Positions 20,582-30,453 of a stretch of DNA of 64,000 nucleotides are shown here, piece after piece; positions within the stretch are counted from its first letter, which is position 1, and the number at the start of each line of letters is the position of its first letter. This stretch comes from Acidobacteriota bacterium (GTDB lineage: Bacteria > Acidobacteriota > UBA6911): positions 4,224,001 through 4,288,000 of the forward strand of contig OY761556.1 in NCBI GenBank assembly GCA_963664705.1. The letters run 5' to 3'. The notes below the pieces were generated by a model, which saw only the letters and a list, made by a program, of their open reading frames with translations, did no database searches and was not told the origin of the DNA. Made by a program: the position numbers and the translations under genes.

Positions 20582-23026
20582 ATGAAGATACGAAACGAGT
20601 CGGGTGTTGCCCTCATCAGCGCGCTGCTGATCCTTATACTATTGGGTGTATTACTCGAGGGCTTCTTTCTTTCAGTAAACTCAGATCAGAATCTGATGGC
20701 CGTGGACCGGGATCAAAACCGCTCCTTTTACGCTGCACTTGCAGGCCTGGAGAAGCTCACCGCCAGTCTCGGTACCCTGTATAACCAAAATTACTCGCCT
20801 ACCGTCGCGCAGATCACGGCCCTGACTACCACTCCGCCGAGTTTGCCCTATACAAGCTATGTTTCGCCTGGAGGTGGATCCGGATATCAAATCCAGTATC
20901 CTACGACGAGCAGTGGAAAGCCGAAAGCGGACAACCGGACTGTCCCCACAGGCCCCTACGAGGGACTTGTCGGGATGATGACTCCATTCACAATGACCGT
21001 TACGGCACGAACCGTCTCCGGGGGAGAGGTCAGGATGCGGCGCACACTGCAGACGGTTGAAGTCCCGGTGTTTCAATTCGGCATATTCTCCGAAACCGAC
21101 CTGAGTTTCTTTGCCGGCCCGAATTTTGATTTCGGCGGACGCGTCCATACCAACGGCAACCTGTTTCTGGCGGAGGGCAATGGAAGTATCCTTACCATGA
21201 AAGACCGTGTCACGGCCGTTGGCGAAGTGATCCGAACAAATTTGAACAACGGATGGAACACCAACAGCAACTACACGGGGACTGTCAAAGTCATTACATC
21301 CCCCGGCGCGGATCGACCTCTCGCGCGCACGGAAGGCAGTTTGACCGGGACTCTCGGCTCATCCAAAAACACCGGATGGACCAATATCTCCATCGGTTCC
21401 TATAACGGAAATATCCGGAATGGAGATACGGGAGCACGGCGAATGGATCTTCCGCTGGTGAGCATGCAAGCCGAGCCGATAGATCTGATTCGACGCCCCG
21501 CCCAGAATTCCAATGAAAACACCACCAATGCCGAGGTATACAACCAACGCTATTATTCCCTGGCGAGCCTGAGGATTCTGTTATCCGATGAAGCCTCCGA
21601 TCTCAACTCTCTGCCGACCAGAACAACGGCGAATCCGGTACACCTTGTCAATCCCCTCGGGATTGGATCGCAATTCATCGGCGAATCCAAAAGAAACTCC
21701 GATACCGATTTCAGGAGTCCGAACGGCACCTCCCTTGTCGGCGGGTATATCAAGATTGAGTTGCAGGACAGCGACAAGGTCTGGCACGACGTGACCCAGG
21801 AAATATTGGCCTTTGGACTCTCCGGCCGGGATCTGACGGCAGTATCCGGCTGCTCCGGATTCAACCCCAACTCCATCATCAGGGTTCAGCGGTTGAAGGA
21901 CAGCCCTGCAACAAGCCCCTGCGGAGGTTCATCCAACCAGCAGTATCAGTATTGGCCCAACGCGCTTTATGACACGCGGGAAGGTGTGGCAAGAGACAAT
22001 ATTTCTACCAGCGATGGCCGCATCTATCTGGGCGGAGTCATTCATTACATCGAGCTCGATGTTAATAATCTCGCCCGCTGGTTCCGCGGGACCCTTGCTG
22101 GAAGCGGCACAAGTGCCATCAATGAAACCGGCTATGTGGTGTATTTCTCCGATCGACGGACAAACCGGAATGCTGCCAATCAGGAAACCGGAGAGTACGG
22201 CCACGAGGATTTCGTGAATCCGGGAGATGTCGCAAACGGGGCTCCCAGTGGATCCCTGGAAACAGGAGAAGATGTTAATCAGAACGAAAGTCTTGATACC
22301 TACGGGGAAACACCACAGGCTCCCGGAGGTATTTCCCCGCTGGATAGCAATGCCCGTCCCTGGACCTATAGCAGCGTAACAGCGGCTATGGCGAGAAAAA
22401 ACCGGCCTATATTCTTCCGGCGGGCTTTAAAACTTGTAAACGGGCAAACCTTCGACCTGGGCAGCGATTCGGACGGAATACCCTATGGGCTGACCATCGC
22501 CTCGGAAAATCCGGTATATGTGCACGGAAACTACAATGCCGCCGGCGCGTTTGACTCCAACCATCGAGCCTGTTCCGTGATTGCAGACGCCGTTACGCTT
22601 CTTTCCAATGCGTGGAACGATGCCAATTCCTTTTCCAGTCCCAACAACCCGGGAGGACGCGTCGCAAGCGATTCGTGGTACAGAATGGCCGTGATTGCGG
22701 GCAAGGGCGTCCCTTTTCCGAACATCAATATGGCCGATGTCGACAAGAGAGATTTCGGCACCGATGGGGGAGTCCACAACTTCCTGCGCTATCTCGAAAA
22801 CTGGGGAGGCAGGAGTCTGCGTTACAAGGGATCCATTGTCAGCCTGTTCTTCAACCGGCAGGCCACAGGGACGTATAAATGCTGCACAAATGTATATTCG
22901 CCCCCCGATCGCGGCTATAGCTTTGACGTGGAATTTCTGGAGCCCAGTCTGTTGCCGCCGCGCACGCCGATGTTTCACGACGTGAACATCACGGGATTCA
23001 CACAAATACGAATGCCGAACAAATAG
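20582..23026 (+). CDS. Large PilX N-terminal domain protein (814 aa)
   Basis: ESG|VALISALLIL lacking Glu5, as in PilX/GspK; FYAALAGLE; GRVHTNGNL; long C-terminal domain. Confidence 0.75.
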   Translation: MKIRNESGVALISALLILILLGVLLEGFFLSVNSDQNLMAVDRDQNRSFYAALAGLEKLTASLGTLYNQNYSPTVAQITALTTTPPSLPYTSYVSPGGGSGYQIQYPTTSSGKPKADNRTVPTGPYEGLVGMMTPFTMTVTARTVSGGEVRMRRTLQTVEVPVFQFGIFSETDLSFFAGPNFDFGGRVHTNGNLFLAEGNGSILTMKDRVTAVGEVIRTNLNNGWNTNSNYTGTVKVITSPGADRPLARTEGSLTGTLGSSKNTGWTNISIGSYNGNIRNGDTGARRMDLPLVSMQAEPIDLIRRPAQNSNENTTNAEVYNQRYYSLASLRILLSDEASDLNSLPTRTTANPVHLVNPLGIGSQFIGESKRNSDTDFRSPNGTSLVGGYIKIELQDSDKVWHDVTQEILAFGLSGRDLTAVSGCSGFNPNSIIRVQRLKDSPATSPCGGSSNQQYQYWPNALYDTREGVARDNISTSDGRIYLGGVIHYIELDVNNLARWFRGTLAGSGTSAINETGYVVYFSDRRTNRNAANQETGEYGHEDFVNPGDVANGAPSGSLETGEDVNQNESLDTYGETPQAPGGISPLDSNARPWTYSSVTAAMARKNRPIFFRRALKLVNGQTFDLGSDSDGIPYGLTIASENPVYVHGNYNAAGAFDSNHRACSVIADAVTLLSNAWNDANSFSSPNNPGGRVASDSWYRMAVIAGKGVPFPNINMADVDKRDFGTDGGVHNFLRYLENWGGRSLRYKGSIVSLFFNRQATGTYKCCTNVYSPPDRGYSFDVEFLEPSLLPPRTPMFHDVNITGFTQIRMPNK

Positions 23027-23041
23027 CGGGCGGAATTTCCA

Positions 23042-23084
23042 ATTCCAGATTCAGGATTTCAGATCAAAATCCTGAATCTGGAAT
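23042..23084. terminator. Perfect 18-bp inverted repeat between convergent pilX and pspA
   Basis: attccagattcaggattt-cagatca-aaatcctgaatctggaat. Confidence 0.65.
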
Positions 23085-23092
23085 CCCGAATC

Positions 23093-23743
23093 CTAGAGCC
23101 GCCGCCGCGCCTTCAATTCTGAGAGCATCTTGTTGATCTCATCCTCTTTTTCCATCGAGGCAAACTTGTCGTCAACGTCGTCTCCCATCAACTCAGTCTT
23201 CGCGCGGCTCATGGAATCGGTATGCAGGACTCCTTCTTCGAGATGATCCAGATTGGATTTGCCTTCTGATCCCGCCTGCGCTTCTCCCGCCTTGTTCATC
23301 GATCGCGCTCTGCGGTGCCGCGCAATCAGAAGATCGCGTTTGTTGTGGGCTTCAGCCAGCTTGTCCCCCAATCGCTTCAGGGAGCCTTTGAGGACTTCTG
23401 CCTGTGCCTTCTGGTCCGCTTCCTGTGTTTTGAGGCTTTCCGCCATTTTTTGATGAGCCACCGAGCGTTCCAGTGCCGCGCGCGCGAGGTCGTCCTTTTC
23501 CTTATCCACAGCCAGTTCTGCCTTCTGCAGCCATTCCGCGGCCTTTTGTTCAATTTCCTTGCGCTTCTTTTCGAGCACATGTTGATCGGCGAGAGCCACC
23601 GCGACCTGCGTCTTCACCTGGATTAGTTGATTTTCCATATCCATGATGACCTGTTTGATCATCTTCTCGGGCTCTTCCGCCTTATCGATCAAGTCGTTCA
23701 GGTTGGCCCGAATCAGGGTTGTAACTCTCTCCAGCAATCCCAT
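23093..23743 (-). CDS. pspA: PspA/IM30 family protein
   Basis: MGLLERVTTLIRANLNDLIDKAEEPEKMIKQ..DDLARAAL; coiled coil. Confidence 0.9.
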   Translation of the reverse strand: MGLLERVTTLIRANLNDLIDKAEEPEKMIKQVIMDMENQLIQVKTQVAVALADQHVLEKKRKEIEQKAAEWLQKAELAVDKEKDDLARAALERSVAHQKMAESLKTQEADQKAQAEVLKGSLKRLGDKLAEAHNKRDLLIARHRRARSMNKAGEAQAGSEGKSNLDHLEEGVLHTDSMSRAKTELMGDDVDDKFASMEKEDEINKMLSELKARRRL

Positions 23744-23824
23744 TGCAGTACTCCTTTCCTCCGGAGCACGCTCCCGGCGATGCCGGGAGCGTATCGACTC
23801 GCTCCAGAGTGTTCCCCATGGTTA

Positions 23825-25273
23825 TTACACGGCAGAGGTGGTCTTATCCCTATTTTCTGCCATGTCCTTATCTTTAGCCTTCGCTTTGCCTATTTCCTTT
23901 ACCTTGCCCAGCAAGTCGGAAATCTGCATTCCGGACAGCGTCTCGAACAGGGCGGGCACCTGGGCCGCAATTTGAGTAATGTCCCCGGTAATCTTATGCA
24001 TGCCGGCGGAATCTCCATTGCCGGTCGAGACGATAGTGATCTTGTCGACGTTAGCCAGGGGCGATGCCAATGCACGGACAACATCGGGCATCCCGCTGAG
24101 CAACTTGTCAACCACGGCAGCCTGGTTCCATTCCTGATAGGCCTCCGCTTTGACATTCATAGCCTTGGCTTCCGCTTCGCCTTTTTTGAAAATGACATCG
24201 GCTTCGGCCTCACCCTGGACGCGGATGGCGGCCGCGCGGCCTTCGGCTTCAACGATCAGCCTCTGCTTTTCCGCGTTCGCCAGAGCCTCAATCCTGCGCC
24301 GCTCTATTTCCGCCGGCTTGAGCACGGTAGCGATCAATTCGCGCTCCCGCCTCTCAATCTCCGCATCCTGCACGTTGATCTCGTTTTCCTTCCCGACCCG
24401 CTGGATCTTGACGGCTTCGACGACTACCTGCTGCTGCATAACGTTGGTTTGGATTTCATATGATTTATCGGCCGTTGCCTGCTGCCGCTTGGTGGTTTCC
24501 AGGTACTGCGCCCTTTTGATGGCCAGATCCCGTTCAGCTTCCGCCTGCTTTGCCTGGGAAAGCGTCTCGGCAAGGACGCGTTCCTGGTCCGCCTGAGCCT
24601 TTGCTACCGCCGAGGCACGCTGCGCTTCGGCACGCTTGATGGCCGTGTCCCGTTCAGCTTCCGCCGTTGCAACATCGGCATCTTTCTTGATTCTTGCGAC
24701 GTCAGGGCGACCCATGTTTGTGATGTACTCGTTCTGATCCTTCACTTCTTTGATCGTGAACGAGATGACCTCAAGGCCCATCTTGTTCATATCTTCAGCA
24801 CATGTGGACCGCATGCGGTCGGCAACCATTTCGGGTTGCTTGACAATTTCCTCAACCGTCAACTGCCCGATAATGCCGCGCAGATGCCCTTCCATCACCA
24901 GTCGAATCAGGGCTTCGCGCTCCTGTTCCGTCTTGGTCAAAAACTGCTCCGCCGCGGTCTGAATGGACTCCGGATCCGATTTCACCTTGATCTGGGAAAC
25001 CGCCTCCACAGTGACCGCCACACCCTGTTTGGTGTACAGATCCTGTTTTGGAGCCACATCGAATGACATCAATTCCAGCGAGAGCTCACGGCAGCTCTCC
25101 ACCATGGGAAAAATCACCGTCCCGTGCCCCTTAACGATCCTTGTTCCGCGGAACCCGTACACCACAAGCGCTTCATGCGGACCGGCCTTCCGATATAAAC
25201 CCGTAAAAAGCGCAAGAAGAATGAAGATGACCAGTACCATCAGACCAGCCATCACAAAAACTCCCGTCGGCAT
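23825..25273 (-). CDS. Flotillin-like SPFH domain protein
   Basis: N-terminal TM; SPFH core (AAEQFL, EGHLRGIIGQLTVEEI, DMNKMGL); AE-rich coiled coil; ANVDKITIVS. Confidence 0.9.
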   Translation of the reverse strand: MPTGVFVMAGLMVLVIFILLALFTGLYRKAGPHEALVVYGFRGTRIVKGHGTVIFPMVESCRELSLELMSFDVAPKQDLYTKQGVAVTVEAVSQIKVKSDPESIQTAAEQFLTKTEQEREALIRLVMEGHLRGIIGQLTVEEIVKQPEMVADRMRSTCAEDMNKMGLEVISFTIKEVKDQNEYITNMGRPDVARIKKDADVATAEAERDTAIKRAEAQRASAVAKAQADQERVLAETLSQAKQAEAERDLAIKRAQYLETTKRQQATADKSYEIQTNVMQQQVVVEAVKIQRVGKENEINVQDAEIERRERELIATVLKPAEIERRRIEALANAEKQRLIVEAEGRAAAIRVQGEAEADVIFKKGEAEAKAMNVKAEAYQEWNQAAVVDKLLSGMPDVVRALASPLANVDKITIVSTGNGDSAGMHKITGDITQIAAQVPALFETLSGMQISDLLGKVKEIGKAKAKDKDMAENRDKTTSAV

Positions 25274-25313
25274 AGATCCTCCCTATAACGTTGAATTCAT
25301 GATCCGATCTGTA

Positions 25314-25988
25314 TTACTCCGATTTTGACAACTCATCCCATGGACGCACATAGGCGATCCCGTTCTGGTACCGCGTGACCAGCACCTCGGTCCCCTTTGC
25401 GATCGCCTTCCCATCCTCACTGCGGGCTCCGCAGGTACGCCGCGTCCCTTCCTGCGAATAGATGATTTCACCAGTCCCCTGTTCGCGAATTGAACTCGAA
25501 ACGCGACCCAGAACGCCCGTCATTCGATAATCCGCCGGATCCAGATTGCGCTCCCGCCCAACCAGGACTTTGGCCAGGAACCAGAAAACCACGGAAGCCC
25601 CCGCCAGGCCGGTCAGGATCGAAAGCAGCAGCGACCATACAAACCACAAGGGTGAATAGGCCGTCAGCAGATATCCCGCTCCTCCGAACCAGGCCAAAAA
25701 AGCAGCAATTGTTCCAAGATTCAAAGGAGAAACGCTGGCCGCACGCATGCGATCCGAACTGGCCGCATCATGCACATGATCCCCATGTGCCAGATCATGG
25801 CCGCCGTGATGAAAGACATCCCCATGATGGAGGCCTCCGCCGTGATGCAACGCACCATGATGCAAAAACCCGCCCGAATCCCCGTCATGAAACGGGAGAT
25901 TGATATGAAGATGCCCAATCAACAGCGACAGAAGACTCCAAAAGAAACCAACCAGAAAACAGAACAGATAAAAATTTTGCCATGTCAT
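25314..25988 (-). CDS. NfeD-like membrane protein with His-rich loop
   Basis: TM helices plus C-terminal OB-fold (GRVSSSI..GEI..CGARSEDG..GTEVLV..AYV); adjacent to flotillin. Confidence 0.8.
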   Translation of the reverse strand: MTWQNFYLFCFLVGFFWSLLSLLIGHLHINLPFHDGDSGGFLHHGALHHGGGLHHGDVFHHGGHDLAHGDHVHDAASSDRMRAASVSPLNLGTIAAFLAWFGGAGYLLTAYSPLWFVWSLLLSILTGLAGASVVFWFLAKVLVGRERNLDPADYRMTGVLGRVSSSIREQGTGEIIYSQEGTRRTCGARSEDGKAIAKGTEVLVTRYQNGIAYVRPWDELSKSE

Positions 25989-26521
25989 CGATCACGCCTC
26001 CGCGATATGGAGGTCCCACCATTGGGAGCATGGGAGCTGTCACTCTTTCGCTCCGGCGCAGAACTCAGGACTTCGGACAGCCGCTCAAACAGTCCCGGCG
26101 TATCCAGTATGTCCGCCAGAAGCAAAAGACATTTGCGGCTGTCGGAATGCCGCGCCAGCGCGAGCAACGCTGTGTGTAGCGCGTTATCGCGACTGAAGCG
26201 CTCCGCCCCTTCTACGAGCCACAGATCCAGCCTGTCTTCTGCCGCCCGCAGATCCGAGAGCAACTCCGGGTGATACCCTTCAGGATCATCCACAAGGTAG
26301 CCTGGATGGACCTTGAAGAAACGGGCCAGAAGAAGTCTCGTGGTATTGGTGAGGTGTGGACGTCGACCGCTTTCAATCTGGGAAAGATAAGACTGACTGA
26401 TCGCCTTCCCCATCTCTTTCTTGATGGCATCCACGACTTCCAACTGCGTCATTTCACGCCCTAACCCGCGCAACGCTCCTTCCAGCTCACGCATGTACCG
26501 AATCTTTTCCCCTAGATTCAT
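25985..26521 (-). CDS. XRE-family HTH transcriptional regulator
   Basis: LGEKIRYMRE..MTQLEV..ISQSYLSQIESG..LARFFKV. Confidence 0.85.
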   Translation of the reverse strand: MNLGEKIRYMRELEGALRGLGREMTQLEVVDAIKKEMGKAISQSYLSQIESGRRPHLTNTTRLLLARFFKVHPGYLVDDPEGYHPELLSDLRAAEDRLDLWLVEGAERFSRDNALHTALLALARHSDSRKCLLLLADILDTPGLFERLSEVLSSAPERKSDSSHAPNGGTSISRRRDR

Positions 26522-26543
26522 AATTCAGCCCTATCACAAAATG

Positions 26544-26577
26544 AAATAGTTATATTGCTATTTGTAATATCTGTCAA
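26544..26577 (-). promoter_or_regulatory. Sigma70 promoter of the XRE operon with overlapping palindromic operator
   Basis: Minus strand TTGACA (26577-26572) - 17 bp - TATAAC (26554-26549). Palindrome AAATAG-N8-CTATTT at 26544-26563. Confidence 0.7.
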
Positions 26578-26881
26578 GCAAAAAAATATTCCCTTGTCCG
26601 GTACCTGCCTGCCGCATTGCGCAAACCGCGCTGATTACAAATAACTTGTGGGTATACCTTCAGATGTTGGATCGCGGCAGCGCCCCTGCGCATGACTATT
26701 TCTGCCCTATGCAGCCTGGGACGACACTTGCCGATCTGAGATAGGATACTATTGCGACCGCCTTTCACGTTTGTAACACGAATGAAACCGTGCGTAATAG
26801 TGTATCGAGCTGACCAGGCTTGGATATGAAACCCGCTTTTGTTGCAGTTTGAAGTTATCACGCTTTGCAAAAGGAAGGTCC

Positions 26882-29173
26882 ATGCACATTTTTGCCAGAG
26901 CAGTCTTTATCTGTTTTTCATCTCTCGTCTTCAACGCCTCGTTATTCCTGTTGCCGGTCTTTGCCGAGGAAGACAACAAGGTCCGGGTGCGCCCATTGTC
27001 CGGGAAGATTCAAATTGACGGCATTTTGAATGAGCCGGCCTGGCAGGAGAGCCCATCCATACCCAACCTCACCCAGGTGGAACCGCGTCCGGGCGAACCG
27101 CCATCGGAGCAGACAAAGGTTTGGGTCGCATATACAAAGGATGCGCTCTACGTTGCAGTCCGCTGCGCGGATCGGCTACCAAAGCAGGTGGTGGCAACCG
27201 AGATGAAGCGCGATGCCTTTTTAATGGACAACGATAATATTGAAATCATACTCGATACCTATCATGACCACCGCAACGCCTATTTCTTTTCAACCAACCC
27301 GGCGGGAGCGCTCCTGGATGGTCGTGTGACGGAGAATCAGGAAGCCGCATTGGAGTGGGATGGAATATGGAACGTTCGGACTTCCACGGACGACCAGGGA
27401 TGGAGCGCGGAATTCGAGATCCCCTTTAAGACAATCGGGTTCAATCCGAGGCTGACGGAATGGGGATTCAACCTCTCGCGCTTTCTTGCCCGCGGACGAG
27501 AGACTTCCCGCTGGGCTTCGCCTACGCTGGACACAAAGCTATTCCAGACATCCAAGGCGGGGCACATCACCGGCATCGAAAACCTGACGCAAGGCATCGG
27601 CATCGACATCAAGCCTTACGGAATCACAGGCTTTACCAGAGACATTGCCAGGAAGAACATGCTGTCTCCATCCGGCGCGATAACGGATGATTCGCTGAAC
27701 TCAAAGATCAGCGGCGGCGCGGACATTTTCTGGCGTCTGACCGCCAATTTTGTCTCCAGCACAACGATCAATACGGACTTTGCGGAGACCGAAACGGATA
27801 CCCGCCAGGTCAACTTGACGCGGTTTGCGCTTTTTTTCCCAGAGAAACGCTCCTTCTTCCTCGAAGATGCGGGCATTTTCGAATTTGCCAAGGTCCCGCG
27901 CGATGGGCCTCCCGGCTTCGACATGGGCGGGGATTTGATACCATTTTTTTCAAGGCGCATTGGGCTGGTCGGCGATCCCATGAACACCGGCGACTATTAC
28001 GAGGTTCCCTTGCGTGTGGGAGAAAAACTGACCGGCAAGATCGGGAGATTCGATATCGGGCTGCTGGATGTCCAAACCGGCCGATTCGAGGAACCCGACC
28101 GATCGGGCAAACCGGGATTCCAACTGGCCAGCAAGAACCTTGCCGTCGGGCGGATAAAGGCAAACTTCCTGAATCAATCCTACATCGGAGCCATGTTCAC
28201 CAATGGAGATCCCACAGGGGAGACAGCGAACCAGATGGGTGGCATCGATCTGAAGTTGGCGACCTCCAACTTTCTCGGCAAGGGGAAAAATGCCAGTTTG
28301 ATGCTCTTTGGAACCAAAACCAGGACAACCGGCGTCGACAAGCGTGATGCCGCGTATGGTGGCGTCGTCTCGTATCCGAACGATTTGGTCCAGCTTCAGT
28401 ATAAGTGGATGAATATCGGGCAGAACTATAATCCGGGCCTCGGCTTTGTACCACGCACGGGGGTCAGAATTTCATCCGTAAGCGGCGAATATGCCCCGCG
28501 GCCGGAATTCTGGAACATACGGCAGATGTCATTCGAGTTCTCCTACGATGACTATTACAGCACGACCTTTGGCGACTGGGAAACCAAACAACTGGTTGTG
28601 ACCCCTTTTCAGTGGCACATGAATAGCGGCGACATGATCGGCTATGAATTCACCCATTCCAAAGAACAGCTCTTTTACCCGTGGCAGATCAGCGAGCACG
28701 AAGGAATCACCATTCCGACCGGCAAGTACGATTTCAATCTGAACACCATCATGTTTGTAAGTTCGCAAGGCCGGCCATTCTCCATCATGAGCAGCTTTGG
28801 CACCGGATCCTTTTTCTCCGGACCCCGCAGGCGCTACGATGCCGAGATTACATGGAGAAAAAACAGCCACTTCACCACATCATTTCGTATTGAGCAGAAC
28901 TGGCTGGATTTGAAGGAAGGCAAATTCAACACGAGCCTGGTTTCATACCGTCTGGACTATGCCTTCACCCCTTTCATCTCGCTGGCAAATTTTGTTCAGT
29001 ATGATACGGAGTCAAGGAATGTGGGGCTGCAGAGCCGGCTTCGATGGATTTTAAAGCCGGGAAACGAGTTCTTTATTGTGCTCAACCACGGCTGGCAGGA
29101 AAATCAGCTGGATCGGTTTGAATCTGCCCAAACCCGTTTCCGCCTTAAATTCAACTACACTTTCCGGTTTTAG
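26882..29173 (+). CDS. CBM9/DOMON-like + DUF5916 outer-membrane protein
   Basis: IDGILNEPAW, LDTYHDHRNAYFF, WSAEFEIPFKTI, NTDFAETETD, FPEKRSFFLE; terminal Phe. Confidence 0.75.
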   Translation: MHIFARAVFICFSSLVFNASLFLLPVFAEEDNKVRVRPLSGKIQIDGILNEPAWQESPSIPNLTQVEPRPGEPPSEQTKVWVAYTKDALYVAVRCADRLPKQVVATEMKRDAFLMDNDNIEIILDTYHDHRNAYFFSTNPAGALLDGRVTENQEAALEWDGIWNVRTSTDDQGWSAEFEIPFKTIGFNPRLTEWGFNLSRFLARGRETSRWASPTLDTKLFQTSKAGHITGIENLTQGIGIDIKPYGITGFTRDIARKNMLSPSGAITDDSLNSKISGGADIFWRLTANFVSSTTINTDFAETETDTRQVNLTRFALFFPEKRSFFLEDAGIFEFAKVPRDGPPGFDMGGDLIPFFSRRIGLVGDPMNTGDYYEVPLRVGEKLTGKIGRFDIGLLDVQTGRFEEPDRSGKPGFQLASKNLAVGRIKANFLNQSYIGAMFTNGDPTGETANQMGGIDLKLATSNFLGKGKNASLMLFGTKTRTTGVDKRDAAYGGVVSYPNDLVQLQYKWMNIGQNYNPGLGFVPRTGVRISSVSGEYAPRPEFWNIRQMSFEFSYDDYYSTTFGDWETKQLVVTPFQWHMNSGDMIGYEFTHSKEQLFYPWQISEHEGITIPTGKYDFNLNTIMFVSSQGRPFSIMSSFGTGSFFSGPRRRYDAEITWRKNSHFTTSFRIEQNWLDLKEGKFNTSLVSYRLDYAFTPFISLANFVQYDTESRNVGLQSRLRWILKPGNEFFIVLNHGWQENQLDRFESAQTRFRLKFNYTFRF

Positions 29174-29186
29174 TGAGCTTCGGCCT

Positions 29187-29250
29187 CTTTTTGGCTTCTA
29201 AGAAGCTCCGTCTTGTTAGGCGGCATGTACGCTTCCTGGAAGCCAAAAAG
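29187..29250. terminator. Inverted repeat between convergent DUF5916 and tyrA genes
   Basis: ctttttggcttctaagaagc...gcttcctggaagccaaaaag. Confidence 0.5.
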
Positions 29251-29295
29251 GCAGCAAAAATCCGGCCCCAAGGCCTTATTCAGCCACTGTAGCCC

Positions 29296-30438
29296 TCACT
29301 TGTCTTCCTTCGGTCCGTCCCCGGCAGACTGGATACGGGAGCTGTGTTTCATGATGACGGCGAATAATTCGTCTACCAACTCCAGCGGCAGGCCCAGTGA
29401 TTTTCCCCATTCCTGACGAGGAGCCATCATGCGCCTTTCACGATCGGGGTCCACGACAGGTGTCGACTGGTTCATTTTGATCTTCCCGATCTTCCGCACA
29501 ACTTCAATGCGGTGACCCAGGGCCGAGAGTATCTGCTTATCATAGCGATCAACCATACTGCGCAGATCATGTTTGCGCGGCCGATTCAGGCTGTCCGGCA
29601 TCATTTTGCGCCGATGCCGTCCTGCCTGTTCCCAGGCAAGCGCCATTTCTCCACCAGACATTGCACCATTCAATTGCAGAAGCGTCCGGCCGAAACGATC
29701 AACTGCCTGCCTGATCGCTTCCTGGTTGGTGTCGAGGATTCCCTTCCACATGGAGTAATCTGATGCCGCCAGTCGTGTCATGTCGAGAAACCCTCTGCCG
29801 GCGATTTTATCCAGCATGCCATGCTCGGCATCACCCGCACGTGCAGTCTGCATCAGGGCGACCGAGATGAGCTGGGGAAGATGACTGACCATCGCCATGA
29901 TACGGTCGTGCTCTTCCGGATCCAGGGTGATGGGGATTGCCAGGAGGCTCTCAACTAGACCGATCAGGGTAATCAGCGCATCGGGTGGCGTATCCGGATA
30001 GGGACAGATCGCATAAACGCGATCGCTGAACAGAAGCGGGTCTGCGGCCTCCACGCCGGAACGCTCCGATCCCGCAACAGGATGCCCTCCGATAAAGTGC
30101 ACCCCGGGAGGGAGCAGCCCGCATGCACTTGCCATGATTGCTTTCTTGGTACTCCCCACATCAGTAACAATGGTGCCTTCGCGCAGGAATGGACGGAGCT
30201 GTTCAATCACGCCCAAAACAGACTGTACAGGAGTTGCCACAACAACGATGGAGCTTTCGGGTATATGGGCAGAAAAATCATCCATGGACCCAACCTGATC
30301 CGTCACCCCCGCCTCCCGTATAGCCGGAATGCGCTCAGGCAGATCAAGGCAGGCGATCGAATAATCCGGCCGCCTTCTTTTCAAAGCCAGCGCCAGAGAT
30401 CCTCCGATTAAGCCGCACCCGATAATCGTGATTTTCAT
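29296..30438 (-). CDS. tyrA: Prephenate dehydrogenase with C-terminal chorismate mutase (AroQ) domain
   Basis: GCGLIGGS, TDVGSTK, GGHPVAGSE, EEHD..SHLP, DMTRLA; C-terminal LRSMVDRYDKQIL..R..K..DPDRE. Confidence 0.88.
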   Translation of the reverse strand: MKITIIGCGLIGGSLALALKRRRPDYSIACLDLPERIPAIREAGVTDQVGSMDDFSAHIPESSIVVVATPVQSVLGVIEQLRPFLREGTIVTDVGSTKKAIMASACGLLPPGVHFIGGHPVAGSERSGVEAADPLLFSDRVYAICPYPDTPPDALITLIGLVESLLAIPITLDPEEHDRIMAMVSHLPQLISVALMQTARAGDAEHGMLDKIAGRGFLDMTRLAASDYSMWKGILDTNQEAIRQAVDRFGRTLLQLNGAMSGGEMALAWEQAGRHRRKMMPDSLNRPRKHDLRSMVDRYDKQILSALGHRIEVVRKIGKIKMNQSTPVVDPDRERRMMAPRQEWGKSLGLPLELVDELFAVIMKHSSRIQSAGDGPKEDK

Positions 30439-30453
30439 TTCAAATCTCTCCGT

